Of a stretch of 64,000 nt of DNA, positions 11,647 to 24,329 are shown piece after piece. The position numbers and the translations under genes were made by a program. Position 1 is the first letter of the stretch. Each line of letters begins with the position of its first letter. Source of the DNA: Hydrolagus affinis (Eukaryota); assembly GCA_012026655.1 (NCBI GenBank), contig JAAILG010000004.1, positions 62,001-126,000 on the forward strand, in the 5' to 3' direction. Under the pieces are notes generated by a model, which saw only the letters and a program-made list of their open reading frames with translations, made no database searches and had not been told where the DNA came from.

Positions 11647-12574
11647 ATAGAGACTCTAATCTCTATTATTACTATAGAGATTCCATTATTTGCTATCTCT
11701 CTTAAACATGTAATCAGGTTTAGATAAACACTACAAATATTCTAGAAAACCGCAACCCTTTGTTGGTTTATTTTATGAAAGGGAGCTCCAAAGGCTTTTT
11801 TTATGCTGAAGTAAGGTATAACATGCTCGTAACAGCGTAAGGCAAGACTTGTGTATTTTAATTGGCTTTAAGTCATATTTAACAGAGGATTTGCAGCTAA
11901 GACCTTGGATTATTGACTAGAGATATTAATACATATTTCAGAGAAAGAAAAAATCAGGCAGTAGATTGACAGGAAGTATTAAGGAATTTTTAAGTTTATG
12001 GAACTGATCTGTTTTTAATTTTATTTTATTGATTGCCTGGGAACGCGAGACACTTGTTCTTGTGTCGAGATGGAGTCAGTATCTGTCAGCCAGCAAACTG
12101 GAAATCTACAGTTTACTGGGCATTTATTAGGTTTGCCTTGAAAATGTATAGAAGTTTCACGGGCAGTAGGAATAATAATTAAACATTGTGTCAATGTTTT
12201 TAAATTTATTTTCTGTCTTGACAAATCCAAAGCAATAACAGAACGAGATTCAGATCAGGAAAAAGTTACAGCTATAGACACAAAACCATTGCCAGCAAAG
12301 GCTGGATAGGAAATTATGACTTGTAGAGAGAGGACTGAAGGGCAGACACCCTACAGAGTGCAGATCTGTGACCGCAGAGAATTTATGTGTAATGTGGTGT
12401 GTATGCACATATGCACGTCCTCCTGATGTGAAAGGCGCTATACAAGTGTAATTTTGTTGTTGTTGTGTGTGTATGTGCGTGTATTACCCCACAAAATATA
12501 CATTCCCTTTACAGTATATTCTGTGAAGGGCTTTGAGACGTCCCAAAGACATGATAAGTTAAATTATTATTAAT

Positions 12575-12795
12575 TGCAAATTTCCTTACTCCACATGCCT
12601 GATAATAATCCCGCAAAAAATGTGTCATTTCAATCCACGACTGTTTGTGGGACAATGCTGTGTGCAATTGGCTGCCGCGTTTTGCCCACATATATACAGT
12701 CAATTCATTTTACGGTATATTCTGTGAAGCATTTTGAGACATCAAAGAAGATGTTTAAAAGCGCTATATCAAATGCAAGGATTTTTATTATTGTT
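12575..12795 (+). mobile_element. tRNA-SINE, 5'-truncated
   Basis: TTTCCTTACTCCAC through body to AAAAGCGCTATATCAAATGCAAGG. Confidence 0.85.
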
Positions 12796-12869
12796 AGTGT
12801 CTGTGCTTGTGTATTATATGCATGTAATATATGTGTGTGTATGTATATTATTATCTATGTGTATTATAC

Positions 12870-13598
12870 CTAGGTGTCTTGTTTGATCCTCAACTGTCTT
12901 TCCTCCCCCACATCCAACCAATGACATGCTCTGCCTTCCCTCACCTCCGTAATATTGCCCGACTCCACCATTACCTAACCCCCCCAGGCAGCTGAAATCC
13001 TCATTCACATCTTCATCACATCCCGGTTCAACTATGCTTAGGCGTAGCTGGTCTTCCCAATTCCTCCCTCCATAGGTTGCAGATTACCCAGAACTCTGCG
13101 ACCCGTGTCTTCTACTGCTCCAAGCTTTGTGACCCCATCTCCCACGTCCTCGCCCGACTCCATTGGCTCCCAATCACCCAGAGAATCCAATTCAAGATAC
13201 TGGTCCTCACATTCAAAGCCCTCCACGGCTTTGCCCCACCAAAACTCTGCAACCCCCTAATGCCCTACCAACCTGCCCGCCCCCTCCACTCAGCAGGCTC
13301 TGGCCTGCTCCATATCCCCCAATCCACCCTGCCCACCTTTGACAGGCGAGTTCATTAACTCTGCCCCCAACCTTTGGAACTCCACCCCTCCGCCTCACCC
13401 CCTCCCAGGCCTCCTTCAAGTCCGGCCTCAAGACTCTCCTCTTTGGTCCACCTCTTTGGTCCACCCCAAATCCCCTCCTTTTCCTCCACCCTCCCTGTCA
13501 CTGACCCCAGCTCGGGACTGAAACAATGACTGCCCAGCACCTTGGGATGTCCTCCTGATGTGAAAGACCGAATACAAGTGTAATTTTGTTGTTGTTAT
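12870..13598 (+). mobile_element. L2-clade LINE, 5'-truncated, decayed ORF2 C-terminus
   Basis: Peptides LGVLFDPQLSF..AEILIH..TSR..LQITQNSATRV..LARLHWLPITQRIQFKILVLTFKALHGFAP are typical of L2 ORF2; frameshifted; ends in stem-loop plus (GTT)n. Confidence 0.92.
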
Positions 13599-14539
13599 TC
13601 TTGTATTATCTGTGTGTGTGTGTGTTTGAGGGAGGGAAAGACAGGTGTAATACAAAGTAGAGTGTTGAGTGACTAACAGCAGAAAGTCGAGTGTCCATTG
13701 TGACAACAAGTAAACAGCAGTAAAGTTTGATTTGGGGTTTAAAATAAGGACTTAAGCAGTTGGCTTCTGATCCCAGGCTCCGATAAATCTAGTTTGGTGC
13801 CAATCCAATCAAACAAGCATTAGCCTATCTAAGCTATGCAGAGGCAGTAAGAGAAGGTTGGTCATTCATTCGTCTGAGAGTGCGTGAGAGAGCAAGAGAG
13901 AGTGAGAAGTCAATCGGCACAGAGTCTAAAATGCTGGCTGGACAGAGAGACGAACAGTTAAACTTGAGATCAAACCACTGGAGAATTTGCTCAAATGTTT
14001 GCTGAGGAAGTTGTGCCAAAATCTACATTAAACACGAGGGCTGACACAGTGCAGGGTTGTGTGCACTGCATTAATGTGCTGGAGATGTGATGCAGGCTCA
14101 GTCAGTTTAACCAGCGGCAGAAACCTTGGTAACTTTGGTCATGTCTGCGCTCACCAGCACAAGCCCAATCCACTGGGAGCTGCACTCCTCCGTTGACTTG
14201 TTTCCAAACCAGAGTAAAAAATATTCTTCTGTTTATGGAGGGATTTTTTTTTCTGAAGATGATCTTCAGTGCGTTACCACTTTCTCCTTTTTGCTATGAT
14301 TAGGTTGCCGTGTTTACGTCTGTTGCTATGACCCAGGCTGAATGCACAGCTTTGTTGCGTTTAGCAAACAATTACTTATTGCTTGACAGGGAACTGAAAG
14401 GAATTGACTCCCGCCTGATGACCGCCAATGTAGCTCCAATAATTGGGTCCTGCTCCCTTAGAGACTTCCATTGTGTTCGGCCCTATCAGTAGTGAGAAGA
14501 ATGTAAGTTCGAGTCCCACTCAGGACTTTATATAATATA

Positions 14540-14685
14540 TAATAATAATAATAATAATATTAATAATCCTTGCATTTGATATAGCGCTTTTCACATCTTA
14601 TCGATGTCTCAAAGCGCTTCAAGGCGTAAAGTGAATTGACTGTTTATTTGTGGGTGAAATGCGGCAGCCAATTGCTCACAGCAGA
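14540..14685 (-). mobile_element. tRNA-SINE 3' end with expanded (TTA)n tail
   Basis: AATAATCCTTGCATTTGATATAGCGCTTTTCACATCTTATCG. Confidence 0.85.
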
Positions 14686-14721
14686 CTTTGGCTCACACCT
14701 TGATGACCTCCCCCAAGAGAC

Positions 14722-14948
14722 AGGGTGGGGTGGGGAAGAGGAGGGGGCAAAAGGAGGGGTAAGTGAGTAGTGGGGAGAGGATTGGGATAGAGAAGAGGAG
14801 GGAGAGGAGAGAGGAGATAGCAAGAGAGAGAGAAGAGGTGTAGGAGAGGAGTGGGGGAGAGAGGATTGGGGAGAGACGAAGTGAGAGACCGAGGAGTAGG
14901 AGGGGGGGAGATGGGAGGAGAAAGGAGTGGGGGTGGGAGAGGAAAGGG
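14722..14948. repeat. Polypurine (GA-rich) low-complexity tract
   Basis: About 230 bp, almost entirely G/A. Confidence 0.85.
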
Positions 14949-16602
14949 TGTTGCAATGTCAGAGGTGCCATTGTATGGATGATGCGAAAATAAAATAATA
15001 ATAATAATCCTTGCGTTTGATACAAAGTCTCATCACATCCTCGACTCCCCCACCAGCCCGGTCCCATTTAGAATCAAAATGATGCACAAGGTGCACTATC
15101 ACATGGTTTCAACATCTCGATCTGCTTGATCTGGTTTCACTGTGAGGTGCAGTGACTGTGTAGCTGGTGGTTAAGATGGCCAAAGCTAAGTGGGAGCCCG
15201 ACGTTTCGGAGTCAAGAACAAAACAATTCCTGCAAATCAGAACGATCAGAACTCATGTCGCGATCAGAGATTACAATCGCATTCAACCAAACCAAAACAG
15301 CCACTCGCGTCCACCGGGCCAGCTATCACGAGGTCTGCAGATGAACATGGAACAAAACAATCTGCCAAGGGATCTCATAAGAGGTCAATGTAACATTCAA
15401 ACACTATTCCCTTCCTCCTGTTCATCCGGGCTGCGGTTCAAGTCTCTCTCCCATCTTCTCAGGGAGATTCCCAGAACCTTCCATCTGTGAAAGTTAATTA
15501 CGAAAACTCTTTATGAATTCCATCTGACTGATTTCATGGCTTTTTTTTTGTTCAGAAACTGACCCCGAGTATAGAGTTGTGTTTAACTTGTTGAATTAGC
15601 GAGCTCTGGCATTTTGGTGCGGGGACAGAGTACAGAACTGTTTGATTGTGTTGTTAATCCAGCTTTGATACAGGAGTTTCTGTTATATACATATGCTATA
15701 ATGAGATATATACAGTACAGTACATGCACATAAACCCACATGTCTCGAGGAAGATTGTTGAATCGAGTCCAAGTTGATGTGCTTGGCAACAAAATGTCAC
15801 AAATCCACCCTCTACGGCAGTCTCTAGTCTAATGCCTGAGCCAGGCAGATCCGCAGAACCCCGGGGCATTGGCAATGACTGAGAAGCCCAGCGTAGCATA
15901 TTGGCAGGCTTTGGATGGTCAGACTGAGGCCATCAGTGAATAGGTTTCTTCCCTCTCGGCTCCTGTTAACCTACAATCGAAAGCCCTAGCTGTTGGGGTT
16001 GTCCTAGCAGCAGGAAAGTTTTGTGAAAGAGAATGCTAACCGCAAAATGGACGATTGGTTCACTCGAGCTATTTTGTGTCTTGACGTCTGAGGCAAAATT
16101 TTGAAACATTAATTGTTCTTAAAGCTGAGGAACGCTTTGAAAATCCCCACCGCAAGACAGACAGCATTGATAGCTGGTCCCACAGTCTTAACAGCATTAA
16201 TCTCAATCCGACTGAAATTTAGGGTGTTGGCTTTGCAGCGTCTCACACAAGCCGTGCTCGGGAATGAGGCGTGAGGGCAGTTGAGTTTGTGGGTTAACAC
16301 AAGGGAGGTGGGGGGTGGGGGGTGGGAAGAATGAAAGTTTAAAAGCTCAGGCCTCAGCTCTTGGCACAAATAGGGAATGTTCAGCAAAGCAGCTGTGTCG
16401 CGTGACTACCGAGAGTACAGAACTGTATCAACAAGTTTGAAAACATTGCATTGAAACCACGACAAACACTTTCAAACGTTTCACTGCTTTCAGGAGATTA
16501 GATGCGGTAGTCTTCACCCCCCTCGTCTTGAAGCATTCTGAGACACTCCTAACCCTCTTGAAGGGCGCTTAAATGCAAGTTGTTCTTGTTGTTGAGGCTT
16601 TT

Positions 16603-16925
16603 GTGGAGCTCCTGTAGCTCAGTGGTTAGAGCACTCACCTTATAGGCGTGAGACCTGTGTTCGATTCCAGGCAGATCAGGGCGAAACTTTGGGCAAGTTT
16701 CCTTACTCCACACACCTAATAATAATCTTTCCAAAAAAAAACACAATAATAAAAATTGGTCATTTGAATCCACAACTGTTTGCGGGACGCTGCTGTGTGC
16801 AATTGGCTGCCACGTTTCGCCCACAAATATACAGTCAATTCACTTCACCCTATATTCTGTGGAGCACTTTGGAGTCATCGATAAGATATGAAAAGCGCTA
16901 TATCAAATGCGAAGATTATTATTAA
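16603..16925 (+). mobile_element. Full-length young tRNA-SINE (probably the Callorhinchus SINE2-1 type)
   Basis: A box TAGCTCAGTGG at 16615-16625, B box GTTCGATTC at 16659-16667, internal A-rich linker, body and L2-type tail; family name recalled from memory. Confidence 0.92.
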
Positions 16926-17289
16926 TTTTATATTATTGTGCCTTCTCTCTCCGCACACTCAGCTCAGGTGCCCAACCAACCTTGTTAAATGCTGTGTATT
17001 TTTTATGGGTCCACAGTATACAGTATTCCGTGACACGTTTTTTTGACACGTCTCGACGATGTAATGGGATGCTACATCAAATGCAAGCATTATCATGATC
17101 ATTATTATTAAACGCTTTGAGAATTCTTTCCAATGAGAAAGGCGCTGTATAAATTGAACTGTATTTTCTCATCCATCCTGTTTTCTTTTCTTCCTTTCTT
17201 CTCTCCTCCTCCTCTTTGCTCTTTCCACCAACACCCCCCTCCCCCACACCCCCCATAACAACAACAACAACAATAATAAATTACATTTT

Positions 17290-17506
17290 GGTGTCCTGAG
17301 GCTCAGTGGTTAGAGCACTCGCCTTGCAAGCGAGAGATCTGGTTTCAATTCTAGGCAGGGCGAAACCTTGGGCAAGTTTCCTTACTCCACACACCTAATA
17401 ATAATCCTTGAAAAAATCAATAATGTATTGGTCATGTGAAGCGCTTTGAGATATCTAAAAGATGTGAAAATCACTACATCATAAATGCAAGGATTATTAT
17501 TATTAT
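17290..17506 (+). mobile_element. tRNA-SINE with internal deletion of the body
   Basis: Head with GCCTTGCAAG loop jumps from TTGGTCAT directly to the GTGAAGCGCTTT tail. Confidence 0.85.
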
Positions 17507-18704
17507 TTTGTATAACAAAGGATGCATGGGATCTATAAGGGAGTTCAGTCACACAAATCCACATCTTTAGTTGAGGAGAGAGGAGGGAAACATAAACAAC
17601 TTAATTCTCATTGTAGTACTTGTGAACCATGCTGAACTCATTTAACTCTAGCTATTACAAAAATATATAAAGTGGTAAAAATGTACTCAACTGGGGAGAA
17701 AGATTCATAAAGTTAGTTTATGCGCTTCATATGACCAATATATTATTGTTTCTTTTAGGGATTACATTTATAAGCGTTCCTATTAATAACGCCGGTATTT
17801 TGACAGTCAGTGGCTTTCCAAGTCACTCAGAAACGACTCTCCAAGTCGCTGCCGTGAAATTCTACAACGACATTGACGTTCTTTGATATTTCAAACCATG
17901 ATTGCTGTATAAATAATATTGCATTTCGTCTCTTTTTATCTGAGCTTTTTGTAACATTTCATAATTGATATCTAACTGATTTTCTTTGTGTGGACCCTGA
18001 CCTGCTCACAGTCGGGTTATAAAAGTTGTAATTTCGGGAGGTTATTACCTCAATGACTAAGTAATTGTTGGCATTGCTCCTTTCTCTACAGGGCAATCTT
18101 TGAATAAAGCGAGTTCCTTTGACTTGCAATACAATGATAATGGACAAGGCTTCCGTTCAGCTCGGCATCTTCATCTTGATAATTATCAGTTCCCAGCACT
18201 TGCTACGCTCTGGAAATAAAGGACACGGAGAGGTTTGAAGTGGAAGTGGACTTTGCAGGATCAAATAGGGGTCAAGGGATAAGAGCTTTAATGGTGAAAG
18301 CAAACACCAGAAATGAACAAGGTAATCGATGTGTCCAAAAAAAGTGGCAATCACACAGCCTAAGCACAATTAGCCTTATTGTCCTGTACAGCCCCAGGCC
18401 AGGGCTCCTGTGCTCTCTCTGTGCACAAAGGCAGTGTCAGCCGGGCAGGTAGCAAATTCTGATAAGAAGAATCTTTGAATTTGGTAAAGGGCCTTATCAC
18501 ATCAGAAGGACTCAATAAAGCGCTTCACAGGATTTGCTGTGATATGGATTGACTGTGTACTTGTAGGGAAACACAGCTGCACAGTTGCACACAGCAATGA
18601 CCCACAAACAGCCATGGAGCGAGTGATCAATTTTATTTGTGGTGGGGGGTGGGGGGGAGGTTGTTGACCTGGGCACCGATAGTGGGGCAGGTTAGAGTGG
18701 AACC

Positions 18705-18945
18705 ACATCAACAACTTGCGTTTATATAGCGCGCCCCTCACTGAGGGCAGGATTCCAGAGCACTTCACAGCGGCAGAGCACAATGCCGAGTTAGGGGGAG
18801 GTGACAGTAGGCATGGTCGAAGAGGCAGGTTTTCAAGTCCGACCTAAAGATTGGGAAGAAAGGGGCGCAGTGGAGGGATAGAGCAAGTGTGTTCCAGAGT
18901 TTCATGGAGACATGAAGCAGGTCGGAGTTAGCTGAGTGAAGGGAG
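18705..18945 (-). mobile_element. Old L2 3' fragment
   Basis: CAACAACTTGCGTTTATATAGCGC..GGTCGAAGAGG..GTTCCAGAG. Confidence 0.65.
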
Positions 18946-18959
18946 CAGCCTGCACACAG

Positions 18960-19107
18960 CTAAAATCCTTTCTCTTCGACCGCGCCTTTGGTCACCTTTC
19001 TACCCCTACCCCTGGCTCGGCTACGTGATCCATTACTGTGAAGCGCTCGATCCCGGGATCCGTCTGGTGTGGAGAGCGCTATATAAATCAAAGTTGTTGT
19101 TGTTGTT
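18960..19107 (+). mobile_element. L2 3' fragment
   Basis: CTCTTCGACCGCGCCTTTGGTC..AGCGCTATATAAATCAAAG(TTG)n. Confidence 0.7.
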
Positions 19108-20671
19108 CAGTAGTGCTATGGGAGGTAGGGATGGGATCAATCTATGGAGGGATTGACGATGAAGATTTCAGAGCAATTGAAGTGTTTATAATTTATTTTC
19201 TCAGGATTTGGGTTTGAGATGGGCTCAGAGGGGGAATAATCCGCAGCGACTGGTCGGATGCCCATTCCCTAAACGTCCCTGAGGCATTGCTAATGCCATC
19301 GTGAAACGGTGGCTAATTTCAGGTGAGAAATAAAAGCCCACAAATTCATTCACAATTGTTTCTGTTTGGTCAAAGAAGGAAATCAAAAAATGTCAAGACT
19401 GAGACAAACTTTACCAGTCAACAGACACAAGCCCGGCTTGTCTATAATTGCCCCTGAGACCAAAGGTCACGTTTTATATACCTTTATACACTCGTCGTAA
19501 AATGCCATTACTGCTCTTGAAAGGCATGGGCCCGGTTGTGTCAATGATAGCCGGTTATGTCAATAATAGCCGTTGTTGGCTTTATCTCGGGCTTTATTTA
19601 TCTGCTTCAAAACCAAGGCCTCCGCAGAATTGTCTAATGAAAGGAAGAAAAGGGTGTGATTCTCTGAGATAAAGATCCCACCCCATTGCACTATTCTAAA
19701 AGACAAGGGAGTTTCTCCAAGAAAAATTGGTCATTCACATCCAAGTATAAGTTTAAAGTACAGGAGTGTGGCGAAAAAATGAGGGACTGAAAGGCTTGCC
19801 AGTGCCTTGGGACATCCACCCAAAGTGAAAGGCGCTCTATAAATGTAATTTTGTTGTAGTTGTTGCTCTTTAAAAGAGCCAGCACGGATATGAAGGGCCG
19901 AATGGCTTCTTCATAGCTGTGGGTCACGGCTGTTTGTGGGGCATTGCTGTGTGCGTTTAATATCTTACCCGAATTTTGTCGTCTTCAACTAACAGCCTTG
20001 ACTGTGAGCTCAAAGACCGACCATGGGGTGTGAGCTCACAACCATCTGAATCAACTTGCTGCACACTGAGCCAAATATCTGAAGAGCTGTTTGCTCTTCT
20101 ATGAAATACGTGCAATCTTGTTCTATTATGAACTGCAGTGATAGAGGGTTTTTATAATCGGTTTCACCCGTCGAAAAGAATGCTCTGAGCTCCAAATCGT
20201 CATATTTCTTGCGAGCCAAAAGTGTTTGGTACAATTTGCACCTATATAAGATGATCAAAACACAACATTGTGTTAAATATATGAACTGCAACTTTTGTAT
20301 AGGGATCTGAGGAAATTCTAAGGGTGAGATTTACGATCGCAAGGAATGAGGCAGAGTGGAAACACATTGAGACCTAGTTTGGGCCACATGAAGCAATGAC
20401 ATAGAGTTTGCTGCAGTGGAGTGGGAAGCTGGATTAATTCATTCTTCCTAATACTCACTCTTGGAACTTCACAGAGCACTGCACTGAAGCGCCTACAAAT
20501 ACACAGTCGCTCTAAAACTCATCGGAAGCACTTTGAGCCATATCGACGGTGTGACAAGGCAGTGTATCAAATGAAAGGATAATACCTTTAAAGAAGTTCT
20601 ATTCATTAGGGCCTTTACCTTGTTACAGGACACCACTGGATTGATAAAAGTTGAAGATTGAGTAGAGGTAA

Positions 20672-20942
20672 GTTGAGAGACCTGAGTTCAATTCCCAGTA
20701 GGGCGAAACCTTGGGTAAGTTTCCTTACTCCACATGCCTAATAATCATCCATCAAAAAAAAATTGGTCATTTCAATCCACAACTGTTTGTGGGGACACTG
20801 CTGTGCGCAATTGGTTACCGCGCTTCGCCCACAAATATACAGACAATTCACTTTACAGTATATTCTACAAAGAGCTTTGAGACGTCCAGAAAACGTAAAA
20901 AGCGCTATATCAAATGCAAGGATTATTATTATTATTATTATT
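20672..20942 (+). mobile_element. tRNA-SINE, near full length
   Basis: B-box-like GAGTTCAATTCC, CCTTGGGTAAGTTTCCTTACTCC, body and (ATT)n tail. Confidence 0.9.
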
Positions 20943-21714
20943 GGCTGGTTGAGCTCGCTCACCGATCAGTGAGTGGGTTTTACCTTAACCTTGCAGCTCA
21001 TGCAGAATTGTGGAAAATTATTCAATTTCAATATGGAAGTCGTTTTTATCATAATTCTTCACACCAACCGGCTCACAAACTAAGACTGAGTTCACATAAC
21101 CAATCCTCCAGGTGAACCGGTCGTTCATTTCATGACTGTTTGGGGAACCTTGCCGTCCCCAAATGGGCCACCTGCAAAATGCACAACAATTACCCCGTGA
21201 AACTACTTGAGACATTTTGACATTAGAGGCGCTGCGTTAAATGCAAGGATCATTATGTATTACTGTAACAACAAGTCTACGTTTCCGGGACAGTCTGAAG
21301 GCAAGTGCAGTCGTGCTCTGAAATTGAACAGCATTGTGTTCAGGAATATTTTAATAATCAACTTTAACTGTTGGTTTGCAGCCAGGAAAATGAAATGCTG
21401 TGTTAGTCCCAACGTTCCAGAGAGCGCGCAGAACTATTTTTAATAGACTTGTGCGCTTTTACAACTGATCCCTTGGGTCGTCTCTCCACTGTATTGCAGA
21501 TCATCAACTTGTTTTTTCATCATGTACCACCTAGGAGAATGACACTTAATAAAATTAAAGTCTTGGATTCTGTCCAGGAAATGAGATGAAAGAATGTATT
21601 TCACAGAATGTTCTTGCGGGTAGGATTTCTCCAGCTAACTGGAAATAAAAATTGGATCCTTGAGCTATCTAACAATGGAGTGAGACTCCAGTCTTCATAG
21701 AATATAATGATGTA

Positions 21715-22068
21715 TAATAATCTGTGTATTTGACATGTTGGCCAGATATCCCAAAGTGTATCCCACGGTCTGTTTGCCGTAAAGTGTAGTCACTATGTAT
21801 ATTTTTAGGCAGCCAATTTGCACACAGCGATAACTCACAAACAGCCATGATATGAATGATCAATTCTATCTGAGGGAATTGTTGGCTGGGACACGAGGGA
21901 GAAACTGGCTTCTCTTTACAAAACAGTGCCAAACGATGTTCAACGTCCATCTAAACGGGGAAACTGGACCTCGGTTTAACAGCACCACTGAGAATCCAGT
22001 GTCCCAATGTGGTTCTTAAACCCACAACCTTCTGATTCCGAGACAAGAGTGCTCCCAACTGAGCAAGG
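21715..22068 (-). mobile_element. Old Deu-domain SINE
   Basis: Reverse-complement tail, GGCAGCCAATTTGCACACAGC, AACGTCCATCTAAAC..GGACCTCGGTTTAAC, CCCACAACCTTCTGA head. Confidence 0.75.
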
Positions 22069-22255
22069 ATACCCACCCAGCCTCATCATGTCGAAACATC
22101 TCACAAATATTTGCCGTCAAGCACATTGACTGTAGATTCTGAAAGTCATCTTTAATTCAGTCGCAGACACATCGAAACTCTGGTCTGCACTGTACTCAGA
22201 GGTGAGATTTTTGGAGGCATGAAGAGCCCTACCGTGTCTAATCGGTCCTAACAGC

Positions 22256-22561
22256 ACTATCGTTGCTGATCCCACTAATCATTCCAGTGAAGCGTCAAGA
22301 TAAGGCAAATCCTCCGAGCTAATCGAGTGCCATCTGTGACCCATTTTGGGGAAATGTGTATTGCCATCGGAATAGCTGCCGCGTGCAATTTATACGTGTG
22401 TATGACACTACCCCCATTGTTCCTGCAGGCTCCACGAGGGGAAAGAAATAGGGAACAAAAAAGTACATGTAGCTAAACATCATTGGCATGTACAAACAAA
22501 ACAAACACTGCAAAAATGAAAACGGGATTGGAAACAGATTGCTGTTCAAATGCACTGTTTG
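22256..22561. repeat. Diverged duplicated non-coding module, copy A (paralogue of 23917-24211)
   Basis: Collinear shared blocks at an offset of about 1.64-1.65 kb; see findings. Confidence 0.85.
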
Positions 22562-23916
22562 ACATCAATAATTTCAAACGCACGTAGAAACAAATGGAGA
22601 AGTGGATTCGTGTCCTGTCAATCTTTTACGGCTTTCTGCATCGGGCAATCCGGAAATGAAAGCTGTCTCCGCTCGGAACGAAGGATGAGATCACGAAAAG
22701 CAGGACCGAGCAAACGACAAACAGCTAGAACATTTAAGAAACTGTGGGATGATGCTTTGATATCAGGTGATATAAAAACAATGAAATGAGGTTATACAAT
22801 CTCAGAGGTTTGGGGCTTTCTGAATGCTCAATGCATGCGGAGAGTGGAATGAATGAAACAATCTAGTTTTCAGCGATGTCATATCACACTGTATTATAAC
22901 TTCGGAGAGCCTTCCCTTGTCAGGAGCCACTAAAGATACAGACCAGATATTGTCCTCACTCTACGCAGATACTGATCTGCATACGCTGGACGGCTCTACA
23001 AATCAATGTGCACCCACCCGATCCCTGTACACATATCAGAAACGAATCTAGAAGTGACAGAGAGATGAAAGCCACAACTTGTACATGTTACAGCCGAAAT
23101 TCAACCTTGGCTCATGAGATGCTTTGTTGTAAAATTTGAGATGGTGCAGCAATTATTCTTCGATTCCACCTTAATTTGGAAGTCGAATTGTTTTTTAAAA
23201 GCCCTGTCGACTAGCTCTCAATCAAAGAAAGAATTTTCTATGCAATTCTAAACTTTTAAGGCAGAATGGTGGTACAGGCTGCGATTGTTCTACGACACAA
23301 TTTACATTGATGCAGTTTCCTATCATGCCATCGAGTCATCTCATAACGCTTCACAAGATTAGTAGTGTAGCGAAAACAAAGAGTAATATAACCAAACCCT
23401 TGCTGTTGCCACAATAACTAGCATTTGTATTGCATCTTTCACAAAGAAGAATATCTCAGAGTACTTTAGAATGATGGTGTTAGCCGCTGAGCTAAAAGGG
23501 CGGGTGGTGGGTAGGTGACAATTGGCACGGTTGAAGAGGGAGAAGAGGGTCGAGAGAATTACAGAGGTTGGAAGCGTTTTAAAGCTGGGAGACTAGTGAT
23601 GGCCACAACTAAGAAGTCAAGTAAGGAGGTGACCAAAACGTAAATGAGAGTGTTGGATGGGATATGGTGTGAAGTAAGGGCAGAAGTGGGCAATGTAATA
23701 CAAAATCACATTTGTACAGCGACTTTCATATCGGGAAGACATTCCAAGGCGCTGGATGAAAGTCCTGAGGCGCAATGAAAGTTACAAAGCAATATTGGAC
23801 CCTGGAAAGCTATGTGCAGACTCAACAAGCATCCAATGTATTACCCAAGACTTTGCTATAATGATGAGAACTTGGAATGGAAGATGATCCTTGTAGCTTA
23901 AGCGCTGCACACCTCA

Positions 23917-24211
23917 ACTATTGTGGTGAAACATTCCTGGACTGTACAAGTTGTGCGAGCTAAGATCGCATTCCAATCTCAAGCCACTTGTGGAGACAGC
24001 CTAGCGGTCAACGAAATAGCTGCCGCAAGCAATTTCCATCAGTGCCCCTGACCCTCGATCACTCCCGCTGTCTCCTGGCTCCCTGGTAGGAAAGAAATAG
24101 CAACAAAAAGAACTAAATATCATTGGCATTCATAAGCAAAGAGTACATCGGCAGAATGGCCAAAAGAAAGAGAGCGATTGAAAGCAGATGGCACTTCAAA
24201 TGCAATGTTTG
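23917..24211. repeat. Diverged duplicated non-coding module, copy B
   Basis: AATAGCTGCCGC, GGAAAGAAATAG, CTAAAYATCATTGGCAT and TTCAAATGCA.TGTTTG shared with copy A. Confidence 0.85.
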
Positions 24212-24329
24212 GGCTTGGAATTTCTTGTGTATTCCCAGGGCTGTGTGGAAGTAGCCAGGGCATGAAAGTCTGGATGTGTTTTACCATTGCATCTCCTCCC
24301 AGATATGAAGTCAACATCCAATCCAATGT

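Noticed and set aside
11636-11680. 27-bp-period duplication at a SINE tail, and the 35-bp duplication at 44715-44782
   Set aside because: Ordinary local slippage inside decayed retroelements.
13077-13358. Reverse-transcriptase-like ORF as an active or domesticated gene
   Set aside because: It is a frameshifted, 5'-truncated L2 ORF2 C-terminus lacking the endonuclease and catalytic RT core.
15090-15150. miR-128-like TCACAGTGAA on the minus strand within a loose hairpin
   Set aside because: The match ends after about 10 nt and the interior does not pair like a pre-miRNA.
16605-16680. tRNA genes at SINE heads (also 48433, 62567, 17290)
   Set aside because: A and B boxes are present, but the acceptor stem does not close and the sequence runs directly into the SINE body.
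19205-19322. Exon with good acceptor (TTTTCTCAG) and donor (CAG|GTGAGA)
   Set aside because: It has stops in all three frames and no other support.
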